IMG/VR virus record: IMGVR_UViG_3300028625_000003
Span: 1-39,554 of that record
DNA length: 39,554 nt
Source: a virus
Reading direction: 5' to 3' (one strand)
Within the stretch, counting starts at the first letter, position 1, and every line of letters starts with the position of its first letter. The notes below the pieces were generated by a model. The model had not been told where the DNA came from and did no database searches. It worked only from the letters and a program-made list of their open reading frames with translations. The position numbers were made by a program, and so were the translations under genes. This document shows, one piece after another, positions 31,417 through 38,685 of the stretch.

Positions 31417-31752
31417 TCATCTCCCCTCCTCCCCCGCGAGCAGTTGCCGCCACGCGCTGCGGCTCTCCGGCAGCGGCAGCTCTAGCCCCAGGCACAGCAC
31501 CGCCAGCGCCCGTGCGTACCATTGGCAGTAAGCCACGTCGCGGCCGGCCAGTTGCACCGTGAGACACAGCGATTCGCACAGCGGCAGGAGTCGATCGGCG
31601 GCGAAAACGGCGTTGCGGTTCAGCGCCCGCATGAGGTGGCCCAGGCTAGTATTGAACGGGTGCGCGGTGTCGTCCGGGGCCGGGCCGGCCGCGATAAGGA
31701 CAAGGGCGCGGGCATTGAGCATGTCGCAGGAGATGAGGTATTCGTGGGTCAT
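31417..31752 (-). CDS. hypothetical protein (111 aa)
   Basis: ORF track 31417..31752; ATGA overlap with the upstream gene. Confidence 0.55.
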   Translation of the reverse strand: MTHEYLISCDMLNARALVLIAAGPAPDDTAHPFNTSLGHLMRALNRNAVFAADRLLPLCESLCLTVQLAGRDVAYCQWYARALAVLCLGLELPLPESRSAWRQLLAGEEGR

Positions 31753-31958
31753 CTCCCCCCCCTGGCCCTCGCCACGGCGTACAGCACGCCCCCGACCACC
31801 ACGGCCGCGACGACGACCACGGCGAGATAGAACAGCGGCGAGATCTCCGTTCCGGGCTGCGGCTCCGGTACCGCGGCCATGACCTGCGCCTCGAGCCGCG
31901 GCATGTAGACCAGGGCGGCGATGCCCACGGCGGCGAGCAGTAGGGCGATGGCGATCAT
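31749..31958 (-). CDS. small 2-TM membrane protein (69 aa)
   Basis: Inside ORF 31749..32051; ATG 31958 after AGGAGG. Confidence 0.55.
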   Translation of the reverse strand: MIAIALLLAAVGIAALVYMPRLEAQVMAAVPEPQPGTEISPLFYLAVVVVAAVVVGGVLYAVARARGGR

Positions 31959-32563
31959 TGCGCCTCCTGTGCTTGGCTCACGGCGGCACGTGCGCGGCAT
32001 TGCCGCAGGTGCGCGGCGTACTGCGGCTGGCTCTCGCAGGTGCGGCCGCACAGCGGGCAGTCATACCGCTTGTGCCCGTTGCCGGGTGCGGGGTGCGGTT
32101 CCGTTTCCTCGGCACTTTCGCGCAACTCCGCAGGTTTCGTAACACGCGCGGGCGCAGGAGGCGCCGGCTTTACGGCGGGCCGCGCATCCATCCGGCGGAA
32201 ATACGCCAGGGCGACAATGAGCGCGGGAATCGGCAGCGCCAGTGCCCAGTCGCCGCCGTAGTAGCGGAGGTGGTACGCCCCGGAAATCACCGTCAGGCCG
32301 GCCGCGACGAACCAGCGTACGGCGTATTGCCGCCAGTCGGAGCGGCTGTAGCGGGCGGCGATATTGACGGCGCGATAGTGGCCCAGGTCGACCAGTACCC
32401 CCAGGGGCAGGGCGACGAACCAGGGATCGACCGCGCTCAGGATGGCGATATAGTGCGCGGCGGACACGATCACCAGGAGCGGTACGAGGTCGCCGTCTTC
32501 GAACCAGCGCACGAGCCAGCGGGCCGCGGCGGCAATCCAGGCGAGCGGGCGGCGGGCGGTCAT
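31955..32563 (-). CDS. polytopic membrane protein with a C-terminal cytoplasmic zinc-finger (CPLCGRTCESQPQYAAHLRQC)
   Basis: Inside ORF 31955..32707; ATG 32563 after GGAGG. About 4 hydrophobic helices. Confidence 0.6.
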   Translation of the reverse strand: MTARRPLAWIAAAARWLVRWFEDGDLVPLLVIVSAAHYIAILSAVDPWFVALPLGVLVDLGHYRAVNIAARYSRSDWRQYAVRWFVAAGLTVISGAYHLRYYGGDWALALPIPALIVALAYFRRMDARPAVKPAPPAPARVTKPAELRESAEETEPHPAPGNGHKRYDCPLCGRTCESQPQYAAHLRQCRARAAVSQAQEAQ

Positions 32564-32817
32564 TTCGCAGCCTCCATCTCTGCCACGATGCGCGGCACGT
32601 CGCACTTGTCGATATCCCCGCAGCATGTAGTCAGCTCCCCCGGTAGGCTGCGGCACGCGCCATAGCTGCCGTTGTAGGCCGGGGTGCGGCCGCAATAGAA
32701 CGGGCAATAGTCGTCCATCAGAAAGCGGTGGGCCAGCGCCTCTTTGCTCACAATCGGCATAGTGCGGCGGATAAAATCCCCGTCGTGATAGTCGATGAAC
32801 GTATACGTCTCAGTCAT
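32560..32817 (-). CDS. Cys-rich small protein (85 aa)
   Basis: Inside ORF 32560..33186; ATG 32817 after GGAGGAGGAG. Confidence 0.6.
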   Translation of the reverse strand: MTETYTFIDYHDGDFIRRTMPIVSKEALAHRFLMDDYCPFYCGRTPAYNGSYGACRSLPGELTTCCGDIDKCDVPRIVAEMEAAK

Positions 32818-33440
32818 CACTCCTCCTCCCCCGCGAGTGCATCCAGGCGGGCGGCCCAGGCGCGGGCGGCGGCGCGTTCCGTGCGTTTCAGCGGGCGCGC
32901 GCCAGCAGCCCGCAACAGCCCCGCCGCGTCCGGCGGGAACGTGGCCCGGAGGCGGGCGAGTTCTTCGCCCAGCTCCCCGGCGAGGTCGGCCTGGGCCATT
33001 GCTACGCCCTGGGCATCTCGCCATAAGCGACGGTACAACCTGGCAACATGCTTCCACCGCGCGGCCCACCGGCGGGAAACGGCGAGGGCGTCCCGGCAGG
33101 CGGCCCAACTCAGGTCCTGGGCCGTCACGAGGACACGCAGGCGTTCGTTTTCGGCGGCGAGGCGGTCGCGTTCCCAGGCGTTGCAACTAGCCCTCCCCCG
33201 CGCCTCCTCTTCCTCTTTCCGCAAGCGGTCTCCTTCATGCGCGGCGTTCTGCCAGTTGACCCGGCGCAACTCCGATTCCTTCCGCAGCCGCTCCACCTCG
33301 GCGGCGAGGCGGTCGCGTTCCACTAGCAACGCAGCGATACGATTGTTCAGTTCGCACCGTTCCGGCGTGCCATCGAATACTAGCGGCGGGTCGAATTGAA
33401 CGTTGAGCAGGCATCCATCGGTGGGCATTTCGTCGTCCAT
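32817..33440 (-). CDS. coiled-coil protein (207 aa)
   Basis: Inside ORF 32817..33656; ATG 33440 after AAGGAGGAATGAC. Confidence 0.6.
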   Translation of the reverse strand: MDDEMPTDGCLLNVQFDPPLVFDGTPERCELNNRIAALLVERDRLAAEVERLRKESELRRVNWQNAAHEGDRLRKEEEEARGRASCNAWERDRLAAENERLRVLVTAQDLSWAACRDALAVSRRWAARWKHVARLYRRLWRDAQGVAMAQADLAGELGEELARLRATFPPDAAGLLRAAGARPLKRTERAAARAWAARLDALAGEEE

Positions 33441-33441
33441 G

Positions 33442-33723
33442 TCATTCCTCCTTGCTCTCCAATGCCCGCAGCTCTCGCGCCGCCGCCGCCAGTTGCAGGG
33501 CGTGGTTGTTGTCCCCGTCCGCCGCCAGCGCAATGGCGAGCGAGTCCAGCAGGTCGGGGTCCAGGTGCGCCAGGACGCGGCGACAGGCGTCGCGGTCGGC
33601 GGCGATGCTCTTGGCCTCTTGCGCCAGTCCCGCGATGTAATCCGCCAATTTGCCAATCATCTCTGTTTCGCCGGCAATGGCCTTTGCCGCTTCTTGGGCA
33701 AATCTGTCAAAGGCACTCATCAT
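33442..33723 (-). CDS. hypothetical helical protein (about 92 aa)
   Basis: ORF track 33442..33723. Tandem ATGs at 33723 and 33720 after AAGGAGGA. Confidence 0.6.
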   Translation of the reverse strand: MMSAFDRFAQEAAKAIAGETEMIGKLADYIAGLAQEAKSIAADRDACRRVLAHLDPDLLDSLAIALAADGDNNHALQLAAAARELRALESKEE

Positions 33724-33734
33724 TCCTCCTTGTC

Positions 33735-34157
33735 TCAGTGGAAACCCACGTCCTGGCCCGCCTCGTGCGCCTCCCGCAGCCCGTTGATAAACTGCTGCGT
33801 TTTCGCCCGCCAGTTGCCGATGTGTCCGGGATCGTCGCCGTCGGGCAGGAGTGGCAGTAGTTCGGCCAGGCGGTCAGCCAGCGGGCCGCAGTATATGGCA
33901 GGAATCCACCCGTCACAATCGGAATGATCCAACAGCACATGGAGCACATCGGGCCGCAGGGCATCCCATTTGATAGGCAGGCATTGATACCATTCCTGGT
34001 CCTCGCAGCCCGCAAACGCATAATGATGGCCCATCGGAAAAAAACCTTCCATCAAATCCAATGGGGGCAACCCGGCAACCTCCGCCAACTTTTTCCGCCA
34101 GCGCATAAAGGCACTGTAGGCTCCGTGCCAGCAATCGTGCGACGTATCGAGTCCCAT
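33735..34157 (-). CDS. hypothetical protein (140 aa, His/Cys/Trp-rich)
   Basis: Inside ORF 33735..34370; ATG 34157 after AAGGAGGACTGAT. Confidence 0.6.
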   Translation of the reverse strand: MGLDTSHDCWHGAYSAFMRWRKKLAEVAGLPPLDLMEGFFPMGHHYAFAGCEDQEWYQCLPIKWDALRPDVLHVLLDHSDCDGWIPAIYCGPLADRLAELLPLLPDGDDPGHIGNWRAKTQQFINGLREAHEAGQDVGFH

Positions 34158-34158
34158 A

Positions 34159-34407
34159 TCAGTCCTCCTTGTCTCGATAGCATTCCGCACTACAGCGGCA
34201 GTCACCCGGCCGCACAACCTGCATCGGCGCCCCGCAGCGGGGGCAGGTCGCGGGCCAGGTGGAGCCAAAGCCGTCGCTGACCGTGGCGAGCCGGCTGCGG
34301 TAGTCGGAGCATCCGGCCGGCCCGATGCAACGGGCGCCGGTGAATGTGCAACAGCCGATAGAGCCGTCACCCAGGCCGTACCACGAAAAGCATTCCATAG
34401 GATTCAT
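34159..34407 (-). CDS. Cys-rich zinc-ribbon protein (82 aa)
   Basis: Inside ORF 34159..34431. Cys pattern CPRCGAPM...CRCSAEC. Confidence 0.55.
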   Translation of the reverse strand: MNPMECFSWYGLGDGSIGCCTFTGARCIGPAGCSDYRSRLATVSDGFGSTWPATCPRCGAPMQVVRPGDCRCSAECYRDKED

Positions 34408-34802
34408 CGCCCATGCTCCTGTTGATGGCACTCCTCACAGTACGTTACCAAGTCCCGCTTCCTCTCGGGCAGCCGCAGCGCGTACCACCACCATTTTCGG
34501 TACGTCCCCGGCAGGTGATGCGCCTCCATATGCCACTCTTCATCGGCCCGGCATCGCTGGCAGGTCCACCCGTCGCGCCGCTTCACCTGCCAGGACAGCC
34601 GATGCCAGCGGCGGCTGTTCAGGTAGCGGCGGTACCAGAACCACCAGTCGCCCCAGCGCGCGTTCACCGGCCAGGCCAACACGACCGCCGCCCCGGCCAG
34701 GACGACCAGGCCGGCGACCAGCCCGGGCTGCAGCCGGGTGGTGAGCCAGCCGGCCAGGCCGGCGGCCAGGAGAGTGAGGACACCGAGCAGGATCCTACGC
34801 AT
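34404..34802 (-). CDS. HNH endonuclease domain preceded by two N-terminal transmembrane helices
   Basis: Inside ORF 34404..35057; ATG 34802 after GGAGG. TM segments ILLGVLTLLAAGLAGWL and GLVAGLVVLAGAAVVLAW. HNH core WTCQRCRA...MEAHHL...LVTYCEECHQQEH. Confidence 0.7.
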   Translation of the reverse strand: MRRILLGVLTLLAAGLAGWLTTRLQPGLVAGLVVLAGAAVVLAWPVNARWGDWWFWYRRYLNSRRWHRLSWQVKRRDGWTCQRCRADEEWHMEAHHLPGTYRKWWWYALRLPERKRDLVTYCEECHQQEHGR

Positions 34803-35079
34803 CGGCGGCCTCCAGCATTGTTTCGTCTGGTTTCCCAGATGCAACAACGCGCTCCTGGTACGCCGCCAGCAGTTGCTGGCCGGCGCGGAAGAAATCGCCG
34901 CCGGTGGTCTGGACCGCGGCGCGGACCTGGTCGCGGGTAGCCACCAGGCAGCGCTTGAATTCAACCTCGCCGATCGGCAGTCGGCAATAGTAGTCGCCGG
35001 CGATGAGCAGGACCGCCGTGGCCACGTTGTAGTAGCAAAGTTCCAAGGCCCGCGCAAACGTCAACGGTCTATCGCGCAT
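34795..35079 (-). CDS. hypothetical protein (94 aa)
   Basis: Inside ORF 34795..35310; ATG 35079 after GGAGGGGG. Confidence 0.55.
   Translation of the reverse strand: MRDRPLTFARALELCYYNVATAVLLIAGDYYCRLPIGEVEFKRCLVATRDQVRAAVQTTGGDFFRAGQQLLAAYQERVVASGKPDETMLEAADA
34817..34848 (-). promoter_or_regulatory. conserved GAAA-tetraloop hairpin element, copy C
   Basis: Minus strand reads GTTGTTGCATCTGG-GAAA-CCAGACGAAACAAT. Ends 14 nt before ATG 34802 with GGAGG in between. Confidence 0.65.
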
Positions 35080-35897
35080 CACGCCCCCTCCGTTGTTCCG
35101 TCTGGTTTCCCACCCGCACCAACCCACCCCACCTTTTCCCGCCAGGCGGCGAGTGCAGCCGCGCAGCCCTCGGGGGGCGGATAGTCCCAGCGTACGGCGT
35201 CGCGCAATACATACCGCGCGATGCGTTCGCAGATTGTGCCCAAATCTGGAATGCGAGCGATCTTGTCGCTGCGATCGGCGTGGTACCCAGGATTGCCGGC
35301 CATGTGCCACAGCACGGCCCGCATGGCCCCCAGGTCCTGGGCCCGCAGCGCCCGGGCCAGCTCCTGCACGGTCGCCTCGCGCAGTTTCCGGGCCTCCTCT
35401 TTCCGCTGCTCCTCAGCCGCCGCCCGCTCCGCCGCCCGCTCCGCCGTTGCCTTCTCCCGGCAGGAGGAGCAGAGGAAGTCGCGGTGGTCGATGGTCCCCT
35501 CGTAGGGGGCAAAGTCGCTCGCCGGCTTGGACTGGTCGCAGCGCGTGCACGTCTTGCGCGGTTCCGGCGGGGACGGCGGCGCGGCCGCGGCCTTTTTCGC
35601 GGCGTGATGCCGGCGCACCGCGGTCACGCGATGCTGCTTCCCACACTCCCGGCAGAAGAGCTGGCGGCCCCCGACGTTGCCCCGGGCGAGGTTCTTGCTG
35701 AATTCAGTGATAGGCTTGACCACGCCGCACTCCACACAGCGGCGGGTCTCCTCTCCCAGCACCTCGACGGCCTCTACCGGGGGAGCGGGCTCGACAGGCG
35801 CATAGTCGGCGCATCCCGAGCAGGCCTGGGGCGTGGGGAGAACGTTGCGGCGGTCGCAGTTCCGGCCATGGCGGTGGCGGCAATCGGCGCTGGCCAT
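35079..35897 (-). CDS. Cys-rich protein with two CxxC-(22-24 aa)-CxxC zinc-ribbon repeats and a helical C-terminal domain (regulator candidate)
   Basis: Part of ORF 35079..36554. ATG 35897, with GTG 35762 as an alternative start. Repeats CVECGVVKPITEF...CRECG and CTRCDQSKPASDF...CSSC. Confidence 0.55.
   Translation of the reverse strand: MASADCRHRHGRNCDRRNVLPTPQACSGCADYAPVEPAPPVEAVEVLGEETRRCVECGVVKPITEFSKNLARGNVGGRQLFCRECGKQHRVTAVRRHHAAKKAAAAPPSPPEPRKTCTRCDQSKPASDFAPYEGTIDHRDFLCSSCREKATAERAAERAAAEEQRKEEARKLREATVQELARALRAQDLGAMRAVLWHMAGNPGYHADRSDKIARIPDLGTICERIARYVLRDAVRWDYPPPEGCAAALAAWREKVGWVGAGGKPDGTTEGA
35092..35123 (-). promoter_or_regulatory. conserved GAAA-tetraloop hairpin element, copy D
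   Basis: Minus strand reads GTTGGTGCGGGTGG-GAAA-CCAGACGGAACAAC. Ends 12 nt before ATG 35079 with GGAGGGGG in between. Confidence 0.6.
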
Positions 35898-36361
35898 CTG
35901 GCTGGCCAGGAGGTGAGCCGGGACGAGGAAATCGACGGCCCGAGCACCAGCGTCCCCGTCACCCACCCGTCCTGGACCAGCCCCGGGATCTCCAACGCCA
36001 GGGGCCAGGGGATCTCCCCGGCGATCTGCAGCTCCTGGATCCGCGGGAGGTCCTCCGGGTGCGCATAGTCGCAGACCCGCACCCGCCAGCTCTGGCTCCC
36101 GATACGGAGCGTCCCCGTCCGGTTGCGGTCCGTCCGGTACCAGGTCGCCACGCACCATTCCCCCGGGGCCGGCCGAACGTTCTGCCGGGCCGCGATCCCG
36201 CACTTCTCCGTCGCCGGACAGGTCCAGTCTCCCCAGGTCGGCCCGTATAGCACGATCTTGCCCGTCCTCTGCTCTGTCCAGGAGGGCATTGACCCGGACG
36301 TGGTCGTCGTAGGTGGGGAAGAGATCCCCAGCACCAGGGCGATCAGTAGATCGATCAGCAT
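35774..36361 (-). CDS. secreted/anchored RlpA- or 3D-like double-psi beta-barrel protein (candidate peptidoglycan lytic enzyme)
   Basis: ORF track 35774..36361. N-terminal signal-anchor MLIDLLIALVLGISS. GKIVLYGPTWGD...WRVRVCDYAHPEDLPR...GWVTGTLVL is loosely RlpA-like by eye. The last ~40 codons overlap the next gene. Confidence 0.5.
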   Translation of the reverse strand: MLIDLLIALVLGISSPPTTTTSGSMPSWTEQRTGKIVLYGPTWGDWTCPATEKCGIAARQNVRPAPGEWCVATWYRTDRNRTGTLRIGSQSWRVRVCDYAHPEDLPRIQELQIAGEIPWPLALEIPGLVQDGWVTGTLVLGPSISSSRLTSWPARWPAPIAATAMAGTATAATFSPRPRPARDAPTMRLSSPLPR

Positions 36362-36464
36362 GGTGATACTCCTCGAGCAGCTGCACCAGCCGCGCGTTTG
36401 CTCTCGTCAATTGCTCGTTCTGGCGGAGCAGGGATTGCACGAAAAGGGTCTCGGTATGGTTCAT
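36362..36464 (-). CDS. short coding-looking ORF (MNHTETLFVQSLLRQNEQLTRANARLVQLLEEYHH...) with no stop codon of its own
   Basis: ATG 36464 overlaps the upstream TGA (TGATG). The frame stays open down to 35079 (ORF 35079..36554). Confidence 0.3.
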
Positions 36465-36583
36465 CAGCTCAACTCCTTGGCGGATTCCTTGGTAAACGTC
36501 ACCCGCGGCACCTTGTTCAGGGCCTTGCGCCGGGCGGCGAGATGGCGCAAGCATGCGGCACAGACGACGGAGATGTGCACCAT
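36464..36583 (-). CDS. 39-aa basic peptide (MVHISVVCAACLRHLAARRKALNKVPRVTFTKESAKELS)
   Basis: ATG 36583 lies 7 nt after the AAGGAG at the end of dnaB; inside ORF 36464..36763. Confidence 0.4.
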   Translation of the reverse strand: MVHISVVCAACLRHLAARRKALNKVPRVTFTKESAKELS

Positions 36584-36587
36584 CGGG

Positions 36588-37865
36588 TCACTCCTTGAAC
36601 CGGAAACGCGGGCCGTCGAAGAAGAGGGTCCCCTCTCCCAGGGGGCCATTTCTATTCTTGGCGATGGCCCAGTTGACGATGTCGAAGCCGGCCGAGGTGG
36701 CTTTCTGGCCCTTGGCGTCCAGCTCGTTCCACAGAAACACGACCGTGTGGGCGTCCTGTTCATACTGCCCCGACTCCCGCAGGGAGCGCAGCGTGGGACG
36801 CTCGCCTTCGCCGTGCAGCCGATTGAGCTGGGAGACGGCGACCAGCGGCACCCGCAGCTCCATCGCCAGGCGCTTCAGGCCCTTCGAGATGTTCGTGTTC
36901 TGCTCCACCAGGCTCTTGCCGCCGGCGTCCATGATCTGCACGTAGTCGACGACCACCAGGTCCAGGGAGCTCCCCGCCTGCCGGCGGAGGGCCTCCGCCC
37001 GGAGAGCCTCCGCGTCGAACGGCCCGGGCAGAAAGGCCACCGCGCCCGGCCACGCCTCCACTTCGCCCAGGCGGCCGGCCACGCGGGCCTTGCCGTCCTC
37101 GGACAGCAAAGCCAACTCGCACGCGTCGTCCCAGCCAAGCCCGGCCAGCCGGCACAGCCGCCGGCGGTAGAGATCGTCGGGGGGCATTTCCAGGGTGGCA
37201 AACAGGACCTGCCGGCCGTCCTGGGCATTATGGTCGGCCAGCATCTCGGCCAGGGCGGTTTTCCCCACCCCCGGCCTGCCGGCCAGGATCAGGAAGGCGC
37301 CGGGCCGCAGCATGATCCGGGCGTCCAGGGAGGGGACGCCGAAGCGCGGCCGCGGGGCTTGCCGGTCGACCCGCATCTCCTCCAGCAGGGCGCTGGCGAC
37401 GGCTTTGCTCTCGACGGCGCCGCCGCTCGCGACACCTTGCTCCTCCCGCAGGGTTTTCAGCGCCTGGGCGAACGGGTCGCCGGCGGTGTAGGCCAGGGAG
37501 CCTAGCGTTGCGAGCGTGCCCAGGTACCGGCGGGCCCGCGCCGCGTGGGCCACCTGCGTGGCGTAATACTCGGCGTGCACCGGCACGGGCGCGGCGTCGA
37601 CCAGGGCGCCGAGCGCCGCGGGCCCGCCCACCTCGTCCAGCTGCCCGCGCGCCTCGAGTTCGCCGGCCAGCGTGGCCAGGTCACACGGGACCTGGCGCTC
37701 CAGGAGGGCAAGAGCCGCCTCGTAGATCGCGCGCCGGCGGGAATCGTAGAAGTCGGCGGGCCGCAGCAGCGGGCTGACGAACAGAATCACGTCCCGGTGG
37801 GTCAAGAGGCACCCCAACACGGCCCGCTCCGCCTCGTCGGCTCGCGGCAGATCGTTACGCGCCAC
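36588..37865 (-). CDS. dnaB: replicative DNA helicase (DnaB family)
   Basis: Inside ORF 36588..38117; GTG 37865 after GGAGGAGG. N-domain AERAVLGCLL, Walker A GRPGVGKTALA, Walker B LVVVDYVQ. Confidence 0.85.
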   Translation of the reverse strand: MARNDLPRADEAERAVLGCLLTHRDVILFVSPLLRPADFYDSRRRAIYEAALALLERQVPCDLATLAGELEARGQLDEVGGPAALGALVDAAPVPVHAEYYATQVAHAARARRYLGTLATLGSLAYTAGDPFAQALKTLREEQGVASGGAVESKAVASALLEEMRVDRQAPRPRFGVPSLDARIMLRPGAFLILAGRPGVGKTALAEMLADHNAQDGRQVLFATLEMPPDDLYRRRLCRLAGLGWDDACELALLSEDGKARVAGRLGEVEAWPGAVAFLPGPFDAEALRAEALRRQAGSSLDLVVVDYVQIMDAGGKSLVEQNTNISKGLKRLAMELRVPLVAVSQLNRLHGEGERPTLRSLRESGQYEQDAHTVVFLWNELDAKGQKATSAGFDIVNWAIAKNRNGPLGEGTLFFDGPRFRFKE

Positions 37866-38682
37866 GGCGTTCCTCCTCCGCGCGCAGCGCGGCCGCCCGG
37901 GCCTCCAGGGCCGCCCGGCGCGCCGCCCCGCCGCCTTCGTCTTCGCTGCCGGAGCCGACCACGTGTCCCTCGCGCTGCCAGCGCTCCAGAATTTTCCGCG
38001 CATAGCTCCAGTTGCGGGCATTGTGCGCCACGGCCTCCAGGATGGCGTCGTGGATCCACCACGGCGGGTACTCCCGCGCCGCTTCCTCCAGAAGCTGGGC
38101 GTCCAGGGGCCCGGCAATCCCGAAAGCCGCCGCGTAGTCGGCGCAGACGCTCTCGAACGTCACGGCGGCGCCGGCGGCAGGCGCTCCTGCTCCTGCTCCG
38201 CCTCCGGTTCCATTTCCGTCTCCCAACTCCCCGCTCCTGCTCCTACTCCTGGCCGCAGATTGCGGCAGTCTGCCGCAGTCTGCGGCAGTCTGCGGCAGCT
38301 CGTCTTTCCACGTGCGCACCCGATCCTGCCACCCGGGAGGCGCCGGGTATTTGCTCGGATAGGCGCGCCGTTGCCCGTCATTCCATGTCCACCAGGATAG
38401 GAACTGCAGAAGCTCCGTGCCGTCGTCGGCGGTATAGGCGCAAATCATCCCCACGGCGGCCATGCGCTCCACGGCAGAAGCGATACTCGTGAGGGTGATC
38501 TTGTCGACCAGCGGGAAAACCTGCGCTTTGATCCAGCGCGGATCGTTCAACATGCGCCCCTGGTCGTCGCCCCAGGGGATCAGCCACGTGGCCACCAGGA
38601 TCGCCGAAGGGTCCTCCAGGTCGGCCATGCTCCGGGATACGCTGATGCTGCGATGCAGAACGCGCCCGTCTTTGCTGGGCAT
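37855..38682 (-). CDS. replication initiator / replisome organiser with a DnaD-like C-terminal domain
   Basis: ORF track 37855..38682. C-terminus YAAAFGIAGPLDAQLLEEAAREYPPWWIHDAILEAVAHNARNWSYARKILERWQREG fits the DnaD/DnaB_2 pattern. Sits immediately upstream of the helicase. Confidence 0.7.
   Translation of the reverse strand: MPSKDGRVLHRSISVSRSMADLEDPSAILVATWLIPWGDDQGRMLNDPRWIKAQVFPLVDKITLTSIASAVERMAAVGMICAYTADDGTELLQFLSWWTWNDGQRRAYPSKYPAPPGWQDRVRTWKDELPQTAADCGRLPQSAARSRSRSGELGDGNGTGGGAGAGAPAAGAAVTFESVCADYAAAFGIAGPLDAQLLEEAAREYPPWWIHDAILEAVAHNARNWSYARKILERWQREGHVVGSGSEDEGGGAARRAALEARAAALRAEEERRGA
38251..38300. repeat. five tandem 10-bp repeats TGC(G/C)GCAGTC (iteron-like), inside the linker of the initiator gene
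   Basis: ggccgcagat tgcggcagtc tgccgcagtc tgcggcagtc tgcggcagct. Adjacent hexamer repeats (CTCCTG/CTCCGC) lie at about 38170-38250. Confidence 0.8.
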
Positions 38683-38685
38683 GTT

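Noticed and set aside
38251-38300. Tandem repeats considered as a CRISPR array
   Set aside because: The period is only 10 bp with no spacers, the repeats are inside a coding linker, and there are no cas genes. They are interpreted as iterons.
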